Positions 1 through 11,040 of a stretch of 39,867 nucleotides of DNA are shown here, piece after piece (within the stretch, counting starts at the first letter, position 1; each line of letters begins with the position of its first letter). This DNA is from an uncultured bacterium (GTDB lineage Bacteria > CSSED10-310 > CAZUFC01): contig CAZUFC010000081.1 of assembly GCA_964619725.1 (NCBI GenBank), positions 1 through 39,867 on the forward strand. The letters run 5' to 3'. Both the position numbers and the translations under genes were made by a program. The notes under the pieces were generated by a model. It had not been told where the DNA came from. It did not search any database and saw only the letters and a program-made list of their open reading frames with translations.

Positions 1-116
1 GCGCCGGCTTTCCAGAGTCTTTCCACATGCCGGAGATAATATCCGTTTCTCCGGCCCGAAATGTTTGCTCCCGGGAGCATGTATTTGAGCATTTTCATGA
101 TTATCACGCTCCCGCA

Positions 117-3100
117 TTAATTGGATAAGCCGTTATGAGTTTTCCCGGAATCCAAATTTTCCTTGAATGCTTTTTTCTTTTCAGTCCGGTCGCTTCCTTC
201 GGCATCAATGATGGAGTCGTTTTTGAATTCTTCACGGAAAAAGACGCCGCTGAATCCGGAAGCCAGTCCGACGGGCATGTGGTCTTCCGGCAACGAATGC
301 ATCATGTGAAGCCGTACCGGGAATTTCAATTTCAGGAGTATGTTTTCGCCGGGCTGCAGTTTGACGCCCGCCTGGTCCGGCAGAGCGATTCTGCTGTAGT
401 GATAGCCGTTTTTCCAGTCCGGGGCTTCCAGTCCGAGGGAAACGTCCGTGGTTCCTTGTCGCAGGTAATCTGCCGTGAGTTGAGGTCGGCCCAGGAAGAT
501 CGGATCGTAAATAATTGCGGCATCGACTGCGATGAGCTCTGAGATCGATTCAGTCGTGCAGAGGAGTTCCATCACGATATAGAACGCGTCGGCAGATTCG
601 GAATGTTCGGAGTATCTCAATTCCAGTCGGCCGGATTTGAAATTGCCGAGCAGGTCGTTTTTCGTCGAAGCTTCGGGGACGTAGGTTATGCGGCCGTTCT
701 GGTTCAACCAGACGGAATAATCCGATGAATTGACGACGGTATCGCCGTTGAAGTCCGCCCGGGCATCCCATCCGGGACCGCCCTGGGAACTGCCGTTGGC
801 CGCCAGCCATACGACGAAATCTCCCGCAGCATTAACGTAACCGTCGCCGTTGGCGTTGCCCCCTCTCAGGGAATACAGCCCGTCAGGTTCCTCCTGCTGC
901 GGGTCTGAGCCGTAACACGCCGCATAATCGCCGTCAGTATCGTCAGCCAGGTTCACTGTAGTTTTGGTGAGATAATTCACGGATATACGTTCGCTTGTGA
1001 TGACGTCAAGATGGTTCAAGTGATTAATCACCAGGTAGAGGTCGCCGCCGGGAATGCCTACCAGGTCGATATCGCCGGTTTGTCCTGAGGAATCGATCGG
1101 CACGTCTTCCATGACGGCCATAACGGTGTCCGCGGTCTGAGGAGAACTGCCGCTGCGGAATTCCAGGTCGACTGTCGTCGCGGGCTGACTGCCGCCGGCA
1201 TAGTAACCGTCAAGCAATACCGTAAGGTTGAACTCTGGCAGTCCAGCGTATTCGTCCGCTCCCATGTCGAAGTCATCTTCCTGCGGACGGTCGTTGGCAT
1301 CGTAATCAACCTCAATAAGACTCGGGCCGGCAAGAGTCAACGCCGTATTGATGCAGGGAGAGGTTTCCGTGATGTGATAATCTCCGGCTCCCACGAATAC
1401 GGGGTCTGCAGAGATATTGCCCAATCCGGCGTCGCCGTCTTCTATGTCGGAATATTCGGCGCTGACGCCGTAAAGGTCGTCTCCGTTGTCCCAGACGACG
1501 CTATTGAGAATGTCCAATGATCCTGCATTGACGTATATGCCGTAACTGCCGTTGCCGCCTACGGTGTTGTGGATGAATTCGATGTTCGTTCCCGCTGTCG
1601 CGCAGAACATTCCATATCCGCCGTTGTCCGTCAGAAAACAGTTGGTTATTGAAATAGGATCATCGTCCTGGATATAAATGCCGTCGCCGACCGAAGTATT
1701 ATCAGGTTGGGAGATCGAATCATTGCCCTTGACTTCTATTCTGTCCAGTTGTATCGAAGCGACGCCTTCATAAATGTAAATACCGCCGCCGTAAGAATAG
1801 CCATACTCCCGGTAATTTGCATCCGCGTAGGAATGAGCTTTATTGTTCCAGAATGCGCTCTGTTGATTAACAACAATCGTCGCCCCAGTATCCGCATAAA
1901 GACCGCCGCCGTAAGAATAAGCGTACCCCCGGCCGCTGCTGGCCGGTTCCCCGGCAAAAGTGTAAGCCGTATTGTCGACGATTGTACAGTGATCAATAGA
2001 TGTCGTTGACGACGCCGTGCAGTAGATGGCGCCTCCATATGAATAGCCGTATGAGCGCTCGCTGCTTGAGTTGTTCTGAGCGTATACGTAAGCTTTGTTG
2101 CCGGTGAAGTGATTGGATTCGAGCGTCAGAGAACTTGATTCGCCGGCATAAACGGCGCCGCCGTAGGCATACTCGTACAAGTAGTTGCCGTAACCGCTGG
2201 AATAGTATGACCTTGCTTCGTTGGAGTCGAATATGTTGTCGATGATGGTAGAGGAACCTTCGGAATAGATCGCTCCGCCTTTGGGGGTTGATTCCCGTCC
2301 CGTTCCGTAAGCCGTATTTTCCAGGAAGGTGTTGTTCGTTATCAACGGTGACGCCGCTGCATCGCAATATATGGCGCCGCCGTATACCGTATATCCGGTT
2401 CCTGAATTTTTCGCCATATTGTCCTGGAAGAGATTCTCAGTAAAGACGACCGAGGAATCGACGTCCGTGCAATAGATCGCTCCGCCGGCATGCGGCGAGG
2501 TATTATCCTGGAAGATATTGTTTTCGATATCGATCAATCCTGAATCGAAGATGTACATTGCGCCGCCGAGAGCGTCGTTGGTTCCTGCAACACTATTGTT
2601 GATGAAAAGACAGTCATGTATCCAGACGTCGAAACTCGAAGCGATGTAGACGGCTCCTCCGCGTGCGAGATTGCCGTCGCCGCCGGCTTCATTGGCGTCG
2701 AAGATACAATCGTAGACCTGTATGTGACTTCCTCCGTAGCAGAAGAATCCGCCTCCGTTGCCTTCGTTTCCGCCGGTAATGGTCAGGCCGGTCATCGCAA
2801 TGTTTTCCGAGTTGGTTATCATTATGGGGCTGCCGCCGACTGTTCCTTTCAATATCGTAATGTAAGTTTCGGGGTCCCTGGTTCCGCCGCCGACAGGATA
2901 TCCTCCCATCAACGTGATGCCGTCATGCAGCGGCAGGCGTTCGTAGTAAGTTCCTCTCGTGATGTGTATCAAGCCGCCGGCCGTCGCTGCATCCAGCGCG
3001 CCTCGGATACTGGCTTTGGCGCTTCCCCAGCTTAAACCGTCGTCTGCGTCGTCGCCGAGGTATTTATCGACGTAATATTCCGCAGCAGGCGTCGGCGTCG

Positions 3101-6100
3101 GAGAACCTGTCGGCGTCGGCGTATTCGGCGTTATGCTGGGATCGGGTGTGGGATTCATGATCTGAGTTTCATCGGCTCCGATGTCCGCTATAAAATTGTA
3201 GGGTCTCGTGTCACCGTCAAAGTCCACAGCCGGCACATCGATGCTGGTTCCCCTGTCGATGCAGCAGGAACCCGGATGCAGGTGATAATCGCCGTTTCCG
3301 ACAAACACTGGATTGCAGGGCGGGTCCATGTTGCCTTCGCCTGCATCGCCGTTTTCTATATCGCAGTAAGTCGCTGATCCGCCGACCAGATCGTCCGTAT
3401 GGCCCCAGAGAATACAATTTTTGATGACAGGATCGCCGCCGTTAACGTATATGCCTTGAACAGTGTTGTATGCAATGGTATTGTTGATGACCCGGGCCGT
3501 CGTCGTATTCAGATACATTCCGTCGCCCGTATTGTCCACCACGAAGTTGTTGTAGAATTCCACCGGTGCATCATTGATGTATACGCCTCCGACCAATGCA
3601 TTGTTGGGCGAAGCTGAAGCATAGTTTTCCTTTATTTCCACTCTCTGCACATCAATAACCGCGTTTGAACCCAGGAAAGCCAGTCCGGCTCCGTAAGCGT
3701 ACGCGTAATCATAGGAACCTGATCCGCTCCCGTTCGCATCGGCATAGTTGTTGACTATTACGATACCGGTTCCGATATGCACAGTCGATTCGTCGCCTGC
3801 AGCTACCGCTCCGCCATAGGAATAACCGAATCCCCGGCCGCTGCTAGCAGTATCGATTCCGTAGGAATATGCCGTGTTCTCAATGTAAGTTTCATTTGAC
3901 AAAGTCAACTCGCCGCCGCCGGAGCAATAGAAAACTCCGCCGTAACTGTATGCGTATCCTCGTTGACCGCTGCTGTTGTTTTGAGCGTAGCAATAGCTTG
4001 CATTAGATGTATAATTATTGTCATAGGAAACAACCGTACTGCCCGGACCGCAATAAACAGCTCCTCCATAAGCATAATTGTAAAGGCGGTTTCCGTAACC
4101 GCTGCTGTAGTAATTATGAGCCTCATTACCTATGAAGTCGTTTTGAGTGATAAGCAATTCGCTTTCGGTATAGATTCCTCCGCCCATTGAATGGGAATCG
4201 CTGTTGTTATAACAATAAGAGCTGTTTTCTGTAATGGTGTTGTAGGTAACCAGTGCGGATGAATTCGCATCGATGTAAATTCCGCCGCCCTTGGCCTGGG
4301 AATTTCTTGCCTGGTTTGCCTCGATGAGGTTGTCGTGAATATCAACTGTCGAACCTACCGAAATCAGCGCTATCCCTCCGCCGGCCAGCCTGGACGTGTT
4401 GTATCCGATTGTATTGTCATGGATTGCGTAATCTTGCCCCGGTCCGCAATATATGCCGCCGCCGTATCCTGTGTTCGGTTCGACATAGTTGTTTGTGATC
4501 TCGTTATTGCAAACGGTAATGGCGGTCCCCTCAAGATAAAGACCTGCGCCGTGAGCGACGTTTCTGCCGCCGGGGATCGTGTTGCAGTAGTTTTCCCTGA
4601 TTTTGTTGTTGTTAATCAGGATGTTGTGAGCCCTGGAGACATGGAATCCGCCGCCGAGACCTCCGTGTCCGTCGCGGACGATGAATCCGTCGATGTTTAC
4701 GTTGGCGACGTTGGAAATAATAACGGCTGTTCCGATGCCGTTCGGATCGATGTAAGTGGGGAATCCTGCAGGATTTCTGACGCCTCCTCCATGCGGATAG
4801 CCGCCCAGGAGGGTCAGGTTGGAAGCGCAGATGACGCATTCGTTGTAGATGTGTCCAGCTACGTGAATGACGCCGCCTCCGGCATCTTCTACAAGTTCCA
4901 TGGCCGAATTTATGGAAGCGCGTGCAGTCGACCAGGTTAATCCGTCATCGGCATCGTCCCCCGCAAGTCCGTCAACGTAGAAGTCCGTTCCGGGAGTAGG
5001 GCTGGGACCCGCCGTGGGAGTTCCTGCCGGCGTAATGTAAGGCGACGGTGTAGGATTCGCTCCTGTCGTCTCATCCGCTCCAATGTCCGGCCTGGCAGCG
5101 CCGAATGGCCGGGCGTCGCCGTCAAAATCATGGTCCGGGATATCGTAGTAGGTTCCTCTGTCCACACAGCAGGAATAGGGATGGATGTGATAATCGCTGC
5201 CGCTGATGAACAGGGGATCGCATGGCGGGTCCAGGTTTCCTTCGCCCGGATCGCCGGATTGAATGTTGGAATAAGTGGCGCTGACGCCGTTCAAGTCATC
5301 GAAGTTGCCCCACAATATGCAATTTTTAACCGTTGGAGAGCCTCCGTTAGCCCGTATGCCGTAATCGAAGTTGTAAGCTATCGTATTATTGATGACTACA
5401 GCATCGCTGTTGTTCAGGTATAGGCCGTCCCCGGTGTGCTCGATGATGAATGTATTGTAGATCACTACTGGGGTCTGGTTTACGTAAACGCCGCCTACCT
5501 GGATATTGTTCGGCGATGCCGTCGCTATGTTCGACTTGATGATCATGCGGTCGAATTCAACTTCGGCATCAAGTCCCAGGACCGCCATGCCGCCTCCATA
5601 AGCGTAAGCGGCGTCGCTGGAAGAGCCGTCGCCGTTTGCATCAGCGGTATTGCCGGTTATGACGACGTTGAGGCCGAAATCGACGGTGGCGTTGTCGTCG
5701 CAAACTAGTCCGCCGCCGTAAGAATAACCGTATCCTCTGCCGCTGGAAGCGGTGTCTATTCCGTGAGAAAACGCAGTGTTGTCTTCAATCGTTTCACTGG
5801 TAATGGTTATGTGAGAACCGCCCGCGCAGTAAATAGCCCCGCCGTAACTGTACGCGTAACCTCGTCTGCCGCTGCTGTTGTTTTTTGCATAAGCATAGCT
5901 CCGATTGCCCTGGTAGACGTTATCAAAAGTGAGTACTACTGAGCCGTCCCCGCATGATATGGCGCCGCCGTAAGCGTATTCGTAAAGGTTGTTTCCATAA
6001 CCTGAATCGTAATAGGCATACGCCTGGTTTCCCGTGAAAGTATTTCCCGTGACCGTCAGATCGCCCGAACAGTGTATCGCTCCGCCGAAAACCTCGGCGT

Positions 6101-9100
6101 CCGCTGAATTAATCCTTTCAGTCGAGTTATTCAGGAATGTGTTGTTGAGAACATCAGCGGAACTCATTGATTCGATGTGGATGGCCCCGCCCTTTGAACG
6201 GGCGATGTTGCCGTCGAAAAGGTTGTTCTCCGCAAGCAATTTCCAGGTTGGACTGTCCAGAGCGATGCCGCCGCCGACAGACCCGGCCGTATTGCTTTTG
6301 ATGGTATTTTCCGCAATATAGACGCTGCCGCCGTCGGCGCAATATATCCCGCCGCCGTAGCCTGTCCCGCCTTCCGCATAATTGTCGGTAATCAGGTTGT
6401 TGATGATGTTCACGTCGTGGGCGTTCACATAAATGCCCGCGCCCAGCGACACGCTTTTTGAACCCGCATCGCTGACGTGATTCTCCTGGATCGTATTGCC
6501 GGTGATGTAAATATGAGCCGAATCGTTCACGTAAATTCCGCCGCCGTAGCCGCCTCTGCAGTTCCTGATGATGAATCCGTCGACAAAAACGCTCTCTACG
6601 CCGCTGATCATGATTCCGATGCGCTCACCGCTGCCGTCTATGATGGTGGGATATGCCGTCGGGTTCCGTATCCCGCCGTCGTGTGAATATCCGCCGTATA
6701 CTCGAACGTTGTTGGGGCATATTACTCTCTCATAATAGGTCCACATCGCAACATGTACGTTTCCTCCGCCTGCCGCCTCAGCAAGCTGCATGGCTCCGTT
6801 GATCGATTTCCTGGCCGTGGCCCAGCTTAATCCGTCGTTGGAATCGTCGCCGGTCTGACCGTCCACATAGAAGTTATTCGAAGGCGTGGGAATAGGCGTA
6901 ATCGTTCCTGAAGGAGTGCTGTAAGGCGTTGGGGACGGATTGGTTGACGTAGTTTCGTCCGCGCCTATGTCGGGAAACGTAAAAGAGTAAGGTCGAACTT
7001 CTCCGTCGCAGTCATGCGTCGGGACTTCATAGGGACTGCCTCTGTCGATGCAGCATGAATTTGACATTAAATGATAATCGTCTCCGCCTATGAACAAAGG
7101 ATCACACGGAGGATCAAGGTTGCCTTCGCCCGCATCGGCATCCAGGATGTCGCAATAAGTTGCCGTCACGCCGTAAAGATCGTCGCCGTTGTTCCATAAA
7201 ATGCAGTTTTTGACCGTGGGGCTGCCGCTGTTGACGTACAGTCCGTACACCGTATTGTCCGCTACCGTATTGTGCTGGAAGGATAACGAAGTATTGGTAA
7301 GATATGCGCCGTCGCCGACGTTCTGAACAATGAAATTGTTGATGATCTCTACAGGCGTTTCATTGACGTATATTCCGCCGCCTCGCCTTACATAATCGGG
7401 AGATGAGTTCGTCTCGTTGCCCCTTATGATAAGGCGGTCAAGTAGTGTCTGAGTGTTCGGTCCTTCAATGGAAATGCCGCCGCCGTAAGAATAGGCGTAA
7501 TCATAAGAACCGGACCCGCTGGCTTCCGCGTTAGATTTATTCTCGATGATCGGGCAACCCAACCCCAGCGTGACGTTGGAATTATCAGCCAGGTGAATTC
7601 CGCCGCCGTATGCGTTCGCATAACCGCGACCGCTGCTCGCCGTATCCTGTCCGTAAGCGTAAGAGGTATTGTTGTAAAGCGGCTGCGCGGATAGGACAAG
7701 AGTTGAACCTCCGTCGCAGTAAAAAGCTCCGCCGTAACTGTATCCGTAACCTCTCTGACCGCTGCTGTTGTTCTTCGCATAGGTTCGCGCGACGTTTTCA
7801 GTCATGTCGTTTAAAGATGCGTTAACAACGGAACCGTCAGCGCAGTAAAGCGCCCCGCCGTAGGCATAAAGATACAGTCGGTCGCCGTACCCTGAATCGT
7901 AATATGAATAAGCTTCATTGCGCTTTATTTCATTCTCCGTCAGCGTCAATTCGCCTGCGCAGTAAATGCCGCCGCCTTTCGCCTCGTTGTCTGCAGTATT
8001 GGAACGATATGCCTGGTTGTCCGTAATCACGTTTTCGCTGACCGTTACGGAACTTCCGTTTGAAATGTAAAGCGCTCCGCCGCTGCTGTTCGGACCGTCC
8101 GTCATGTTCCACTGGATCGTGTTGTCGTCGATCAGTAATGCCGCATCGGGATGATTGATGAATATGGCTCCGCCGGCGACCTGGGCCGTGTTGTAAGTCA
8201 GGAGGTTATTCGTGATGTGAACGCTGCCTCCGCCGGCACAATAGATGCCGCCGCCGTATCCGTCGCCGCCGTCAGCCAGGTTTTCCGTGATTAAATTGTC
8301 GTGGATCAGAATATCATGTCCGTGAAGGTATAAACCGCCGCCCAGGGCAAGATTGGGCAGCGCCGGCTGAGACGCGCACTCGTTTTCGCGTATCTTATTC
8401 CCGGTTATCTCCACCCCGGAAGCATGACTGACGTAAATGCCGCCGCCGTATCCGCCGTGTCCGTTTCGTATGACGAAACCTTCGACGAAAACATTGGACA
8501 CGCCGCTGATCTTTACCGCGGAATCCATATCGTATCCGTCTATAATCGTTATGAATGAATCGGGGTTGCGCACGCCGCCGCCATGCGCATAACCCCCTAA
8601 AAGCCTGATGTTGTCAGGTATTACAATATTCTCATAATATATGGAAATCGCTACGTGCACTACTCCGCCGCCGACTCCTCCGGCAGCATCCAAGGCCTCC
8701 TGGATACTCGCTTTCGCCGTAGCCCAGCTTAATCCGTCATTGCCATCGTCCCCGAAATCCCCGTCGACATAATAATTCGCCGAAGGAGTGGGAACCGGCG
8801 TATATGTCCCGGAAGGAGTCGAATAAGGCGTTGCCGTCGGATTCGTTGATGATGCTTCGTCTGCTCCTATGTCGTATCCTCCCCCGAAAGGTCTCGCTTC
8901 GCCGTCATAATCATGATCCGGAGCATCGACAACAGTCCCCCTGTCGATACAGCATGAGTTCGGTCTTATATGATAGTTGCCGGAACCGAAGAAAAGGGGA
9001 TCGCAGGGCGGATCGAGATTGCCCTCACCCGGTAATCCTTCCTGGATGTTGCTGTACGTCAATCCCGCTCCATACAGGTCGTCCACATGTCCCCAGAGAA

Positions 9101-10568
9101 TACAATTTTTTATGTTCGCCGTGCCGCTGTTCACATACACGCCGTAACCGGAATTATACGCTACCGTATTATTAAAAAAATCGACGTATCCGCTGGTGAA
9201 ATAAGCCCCGTCGTCAAGGTTTTCAACTATCATGCAATTGACGATTTCTGCCGTTCCGCTGCTGATGTACACTCCGCCGCCGTATGTGCCCCTGTCAGGC
9301 GTCGCATTCATGTGATTGTCCTGAACTAAAACCCCGTCAACGACAACCGTTGCATCCGCTCCTCGCAGCGATATCCCGCCCCCGTAAGTATAAGCATAAT
9401 CATATGAACCTGATCCCACGCCTTCTGAGTCGCAGTAATTCTCCAGGACCTTCACTCCCGTTCCTATGCCGACGACAGACAAATCTTCGCAGAAAATTCC
9501 GCCGCCGTAAGTCCAGGCGTATCCCCTGCCGCTGGAAGAGGTGTCCTGACCATACGCCGAAGCCGTGTTCAACTCAATCACGTCGTTCGTTATTTCCACA
9601 TCCGAACCCGTTCCGCAATATATGGCGCCGCCGTACGCGTAGCTGTAAGCCCTTCGGGATGAATTAGTGTTGACTAGATTCGAATTAGCCAGATTCTCGC
9701 TGTATGTGTTTCCTGATAGTGTCGTTATGCTCCCGTCTCCACAATATATCGCCCCTCCGTATGCATACTTCTGTAAATTGCCGTTGTATCCGCCTGAATA
9801 GGTCGATCTCGCCTCATTTCCTGAAAATATGTTGCCGGCAGCCGTCAGGTTTCCCAGGTTGCTGACAGCCCCTCCGCCCGTATACTCGGAATGACCGCCC
9901 GTTGAATGAGCCAGGTTGCCGGTCAACTCGTTGCTGATCATATCGACTACACTCGTCGCATCTATGCTTACCGCTCCGCCGATAACCGTGCTCGACTCCG
10001 AAATATTCGAGGTGATGTAATTCGCTAAAACATCAACGTCCGAATTCGTTATGCTTATCGCTGCACCACCCTGAGAACCCGTGCACGTGCAGGCGCTGAT
10101 CCTATTATTCTGAAGCGCCGCCGTCGTGTCCACACACACTATTCCGCCGCCGTTCGCTCCCGTTCCGTTCGTTATGATAAAGCCGTCTACTACAACTGCC
10201 GAAACCCCGTTTATCGTTATGGGAACTCCTGAACCGCCTCCATCTATAACCGATTCGTAAACATCAGGATTTCGTGCGCCTCCCTGGGACGGATATCCCC
10301 CTAATAATTCTAATCCGTTATGGCCTAAAGTAAGTTGCTCCGCATAAATCCCCTCGGCCACATGCAACGCGTCCGCTCCCGTTACTAAATCCAAACCAGC
10401 CTGAATCGTTGCTTTGGCCGCTGCCCAGCTCGTTCCCGCATTGCCGTCGTCTCCATAAACAGCATCAACATAATAGTCGCTTTGCGCATGTGATACGCCG
10501 AAAATTCCTGATACCATAAACAAAAAAATGAAAATACTTATGGCTATAGGCTGATGTTCACGTTCCAT
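117..10568 (-). CDS. Giant secreted protein: five tandem right-handed parallel beta-helix modules (DUF1565-like start, choice-of-anchor-Q-like end), Pro/Thr linkers, C-terminal dockerin-like and cohesin-like domains
   Basis: 3483-aa ORF with GGAGGAGAG RBS and signal peptide (IAISIFIFLFMVSGIFGVSHA). Five YYVD..GDD..DG.SW..AKA.I starts, many GGAIYC/GGGIY coils, and five DP.F....YH....S.CI...G ... D.DG..RP.....DIGADE ends. Two EF-hand-like motifs lie near the C-terminus (NANGDGYVNAAGD, DFNGDTVVNSSD). Confidence 0.92.
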   Translation of the reverse strand: MEREHQPIAISIFIFLFMVSGIFGVSHAQSDYYVDAVYGDDGNAGTSWAAAKATIQAGLDLVTGADALHVAEGIYAEQLTLGHNGLELLGGYPSQGGARNPDVYESVIDGGGSGVPITINGVSAVVVDGFIITNGTGANGGGIVCVDTTAALQNNRISACTCTGSQGGAAISITNSDVDVLANYITSNISESSTVIGGAVSIDATSVVDMISNELTGNLAHSTGGHSEYTGGGAVSNLGNLTAAGNIFSGNEARSTYSGGYNGNLQKYAYGGAIYCGDGSITTLSGNTYSENLANSNLVNTNSSRRAYSYAYGGAIYCGTGSDVEITNDVIELNTASAYGQDTSSSGRGYAWTYGGGIFCEDLSVVGIGTGVKVLENYCDSEGVGSGSYDYAYTYGGGISLRGADATVVVDGVLVQDNHMNATPDRGTYGGGVYISSGTAEIVNCMIVENLDDGAYFTSGYVDFFNNTVAYNSGYGVYVNSGTANIKNCILWGHVDDLYGAGLTYSNIQEGLPGEGNLDPPCDPLFFGSGNYHIRPNSCCIDRGTVVDAPDHDYDGEARPFGGGYDIGADEASSTNPTATPYSTPSGTYTPVPTPSANYYVDGDFGDDGNDGLSWATAKASIQEALDAAGGVGGGVVHVAISIYYENIVIPDNIRLLGGYAHGGGVRNPDSFITIIDGYDMDSAVKISGVSNVFVEGFVIRNGHGGYGGGIYVSHASGVEITGNKIRENECASQPALPNLALGGGLYLHGHDILIHDNLITENLADGGDGYGGGIYCAGGGSVHITNNLLTYNTAQVAGGAIFINHPDAALLIDDNTIQWNMTDGPNSSGGALYISNGSSVTVSENVITDNQAYRSNTADNEAKGGGIYCAGELTLTENEIKRNEAYSYYDSGYGDRLYLYAYGGALYCADGSVVNASLNDMTENVARTYAKNNSSGQRGYGYSYGGAFYCDGGSTLVLSAQPLYNNTSYAYGQDTASSGRGYANAYGGGIHLADNSNVTLGLGCPIIENKSNAEASGSGSYDYAYSYGGGISIEGPNTQTLLDRLIIRGNETNSSPDYVRRGGGIYVNETPVEIINNFIVQNVGDGAYLTNTSLSFQHNTVADNTVYGLYVNSGSPTVKNCILWNNGDDLYGVTATYCDILDADAGEGNLDPPCDPLFIGGDDYHLMSNSCCIDRGSPYEVPTHDCDGEVRPYSFTFPDIGADETTSTNPSPTPYSTPSGTITPIPTPSNNFYVDGQTGDDSNDGLSWATARKSINGAMQLAEAAGGGNVHVAMWTYYERVICPNNVRVYGGYSHDGGIRNPTAYPTIIDGSGERIGIMISGVESVFVDGFIIRNCRGGYGGGIYVNDSAHIYITGNTIQENHVSDAGSKSVSLGAGIYVNAHDVNIINNLITDNYAEGGTGYGGGIYCADGGSVYIAENTIKSNTAGSVGGGIALDSPTWKLLAENNLFDGNIARSKGGAIHIESMSSADVLNNTFLNNSTERINSADAEVFGGAIHCSGDLTVTGNTFTGNQAYAYYDSGYGNNLYEYAYGGAISCGDGSVVLTFDNVYQGNRSYAYAKNNSSGRRGYAYSYGGAIYCAGGSHITITSETIEDNTAFSHGIDTASSGRGYGYSYGGGLVCDDNATVDFGLNVVITGNTADANGDGSSSDAAYAYGGGMAVLGLDAEVEFDRMIIKSNIATASPNNIQVGGVYVNQTPVVIYNTFIIEHTGDGLYLNNSDAVVINNTIAYNFDYGIRANGGSPTVKNCILWGNFDDLNGVSATYSNIQSGDPGEGNLDPPCDPLFISGSDYHIHPYSCCVDRGTYYDIPDHDFDGDARPFGAARPDIGADETTGANPTPSPYITPAGTPTAGPSPTPGTDFYVDGLAGDDADDGLTWSTARASINSAMELVEDAGGGVIHVAGHIYNECVICASNLTLLGGYPHGGGVRNPAGFPTYIDPNGIGTAVIISNVANVNIDGFIVRDGHGGLGGGFHVSRAHNILINNNKIRENYCNTIPGGRNVAHGAGLYLEGTAITVCNNEITNNYVEPNTGYGGGIYCGPGQDYAIHDNTIGYNTSRLAGGGIALISVGSTVDIHDNLIEANQARNSQAKGGGIYIDANSSALVTYNTITENSSYCYNNSDSHSMGGGIYTESELLITQNDFIGNEAHNYYSSGYGNRLYNYAYGGAVYCGPGSTVVSYDNNYTSNASYCYAQNNSSGQRGYAYSYGGVFYCSGGGELTLSNETYIENTAYSYGIDTASSGRGFGYSYGGAVAAGDESTVHIGTGIVIVNNYADANGSGSGSYDYAYAYGAGLAFLGSNAVIDVQRVEIKENYASASPNNALVGGVYINDAPVEFYNNFVVDNTGDGMYLNTTTARVINNTIAYNTVQGIYVNGGDPVIKNCILWGHTDDLVGGSATYCDIENGDAGEGNMDPPCNPVFVGNGDYHLHPGSCCIDRGTSIDVPAVDFDGDTRPYNFIADIGADETQIMNPTPDPSITPNTPTPTGSPTPTPAAEYYVDKYLGDDADDGLSWGSAKASIRGALDAATAGGLIHITRGTYYERLPLHDGITLMGGYPVGGGTRDPETYITILKGTVGGSPIMITNSENIAMTGLTITGGNEGNGGGFFCYGGSHIQVYDCIFDANEAGGDGNLARGGAVYIASSFDVWIHDCLFINNSVAGTNDALGGAMYIFDSGLIDIENNIFQDNTSPHAGGAIYCTDVDSSVVFTENLFQDNMAKNSGTGYTVYGGAIYCDAAASPLITNNTFLENTAYGTGRESTPKGGAIYSEGSSTIIDNIFDSNEARSYYSSGYGNYLYEYAYGGAVYAGESSSLTLESNHFTGNKAYVYAQNNSSSERSYGYSYGGAIYCTASSTTSIDHCTIVDNTAYTFAGEPASSGRGYAYSYGGGLYADTGATIVVNQQSAFWNNKAHSYADANYREYGYSYGGGIYIYEGVASIQLDRIEVKGNDSISQPDNTSVGDGIYIQDDDPISITNCFLTDNGGYGMFCATAGTNIEFIHNTVGGNGSYGIYVNAGSLDILNSVVWDNGDDLYGVSAEYSDIEDGDAGLGNISADPVFVGAGDYHITETSPCINTALTLAGPSLIEVDYDANDRPQEDDFDMGADEYAGLPEFNLTVLLDGYYAGGSQPATTVDLEFRSGSSPQTADTVMAVMEDVPIDSSGQTGDIDLVGIPGGDLYLVINHLNHLDVITSERISVNYLTKTTVNLADDTDGDYAACYGSDPQQEEPDGLYSLRGGNANGDGYVNAAGDFVVWLAANGSSQGGPGWDARADFNGDTVVNSSDYSVWLNQNGRITYVPEASTKNDLLGNFKSGRLELRYSEHSESADAFYIVMELLCTTESISELIAVDAAIIYDPIFLGRPQLTADYLRQGTTDVSLGLEAPDWKNGYHYSRIALPDQAGVKLQPGENILLKLKFPVRLHMMHSLPEDHMPVGLASGFSGVFFREEFKNDSIIDAEGSDRTEKKKAFKENLDSGKTHNGLSN
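1250..10478 (-). repeat. Five intragenic ~1.7-1.9 kb module repeats, starting near 10478, 8778, 6878, 4986 and 3080
   Basis: Recurrent protein motifs at these positions. The repeats are diverged at the DNA level. Confidence 0.85.
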
Positions 10569-11040
10569 ATTCTCTCCTCCTACAAAAAGTTTTATTTGAA
10601 AGATTTGTCGCCAATGCAGAATTGCATGTCCTTAATTTAAAACGGATTTTAAAACAGAAAGTCAAAAAAAAAGCGTAAAAAATTATGAAATTTCTGAAAA
10701 ATCTTTGTTGTTAATAGCTTGCAATTTTGTAGAAGGGAAGGAATCCCGCCGTCAAAAAGCGAAATTTAGGGAAAAACGGCAAAATATGCCTTAGAGGCTA
10801 GGCAAACAACCTGAAGGATGCAGGGAAAAAACGCAAGAGTCCATGGAAGGATGCAGGGCTTTTTTGTTGGAGTATGCGGGTAAGGAGCTGTTCTGAATGG
10901 GGTACCCTTTCCAGGAAGGCCCCTGGAGCCGTTTGGGCGGCAGCCGTGGAGGGACAGTGGGAGGAGGTGAAGCCAGGGCGGTTTTTTTCAGGATAGGAGC
11001 TTCTTTTTGCTTGAAATATACAGATGAAAGGAATATTAGA

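Noticed and set aside
135-9667. Many short alternative-frame and antisense ORFs within the giant gene (and similarly within the RHS, propeller, ZIP and ABC genes)
   Set aside because: Shadow ORFs of GC-rich coding sequence, with no RBS or motifs and fully overlapping well-supported genes.
10813-10858. GAAGGATGCAGGG repeated twice in a purine-rich intergenic tract
   Set aside because: Only two copies in low-complexity sequence, and no function can be supported.
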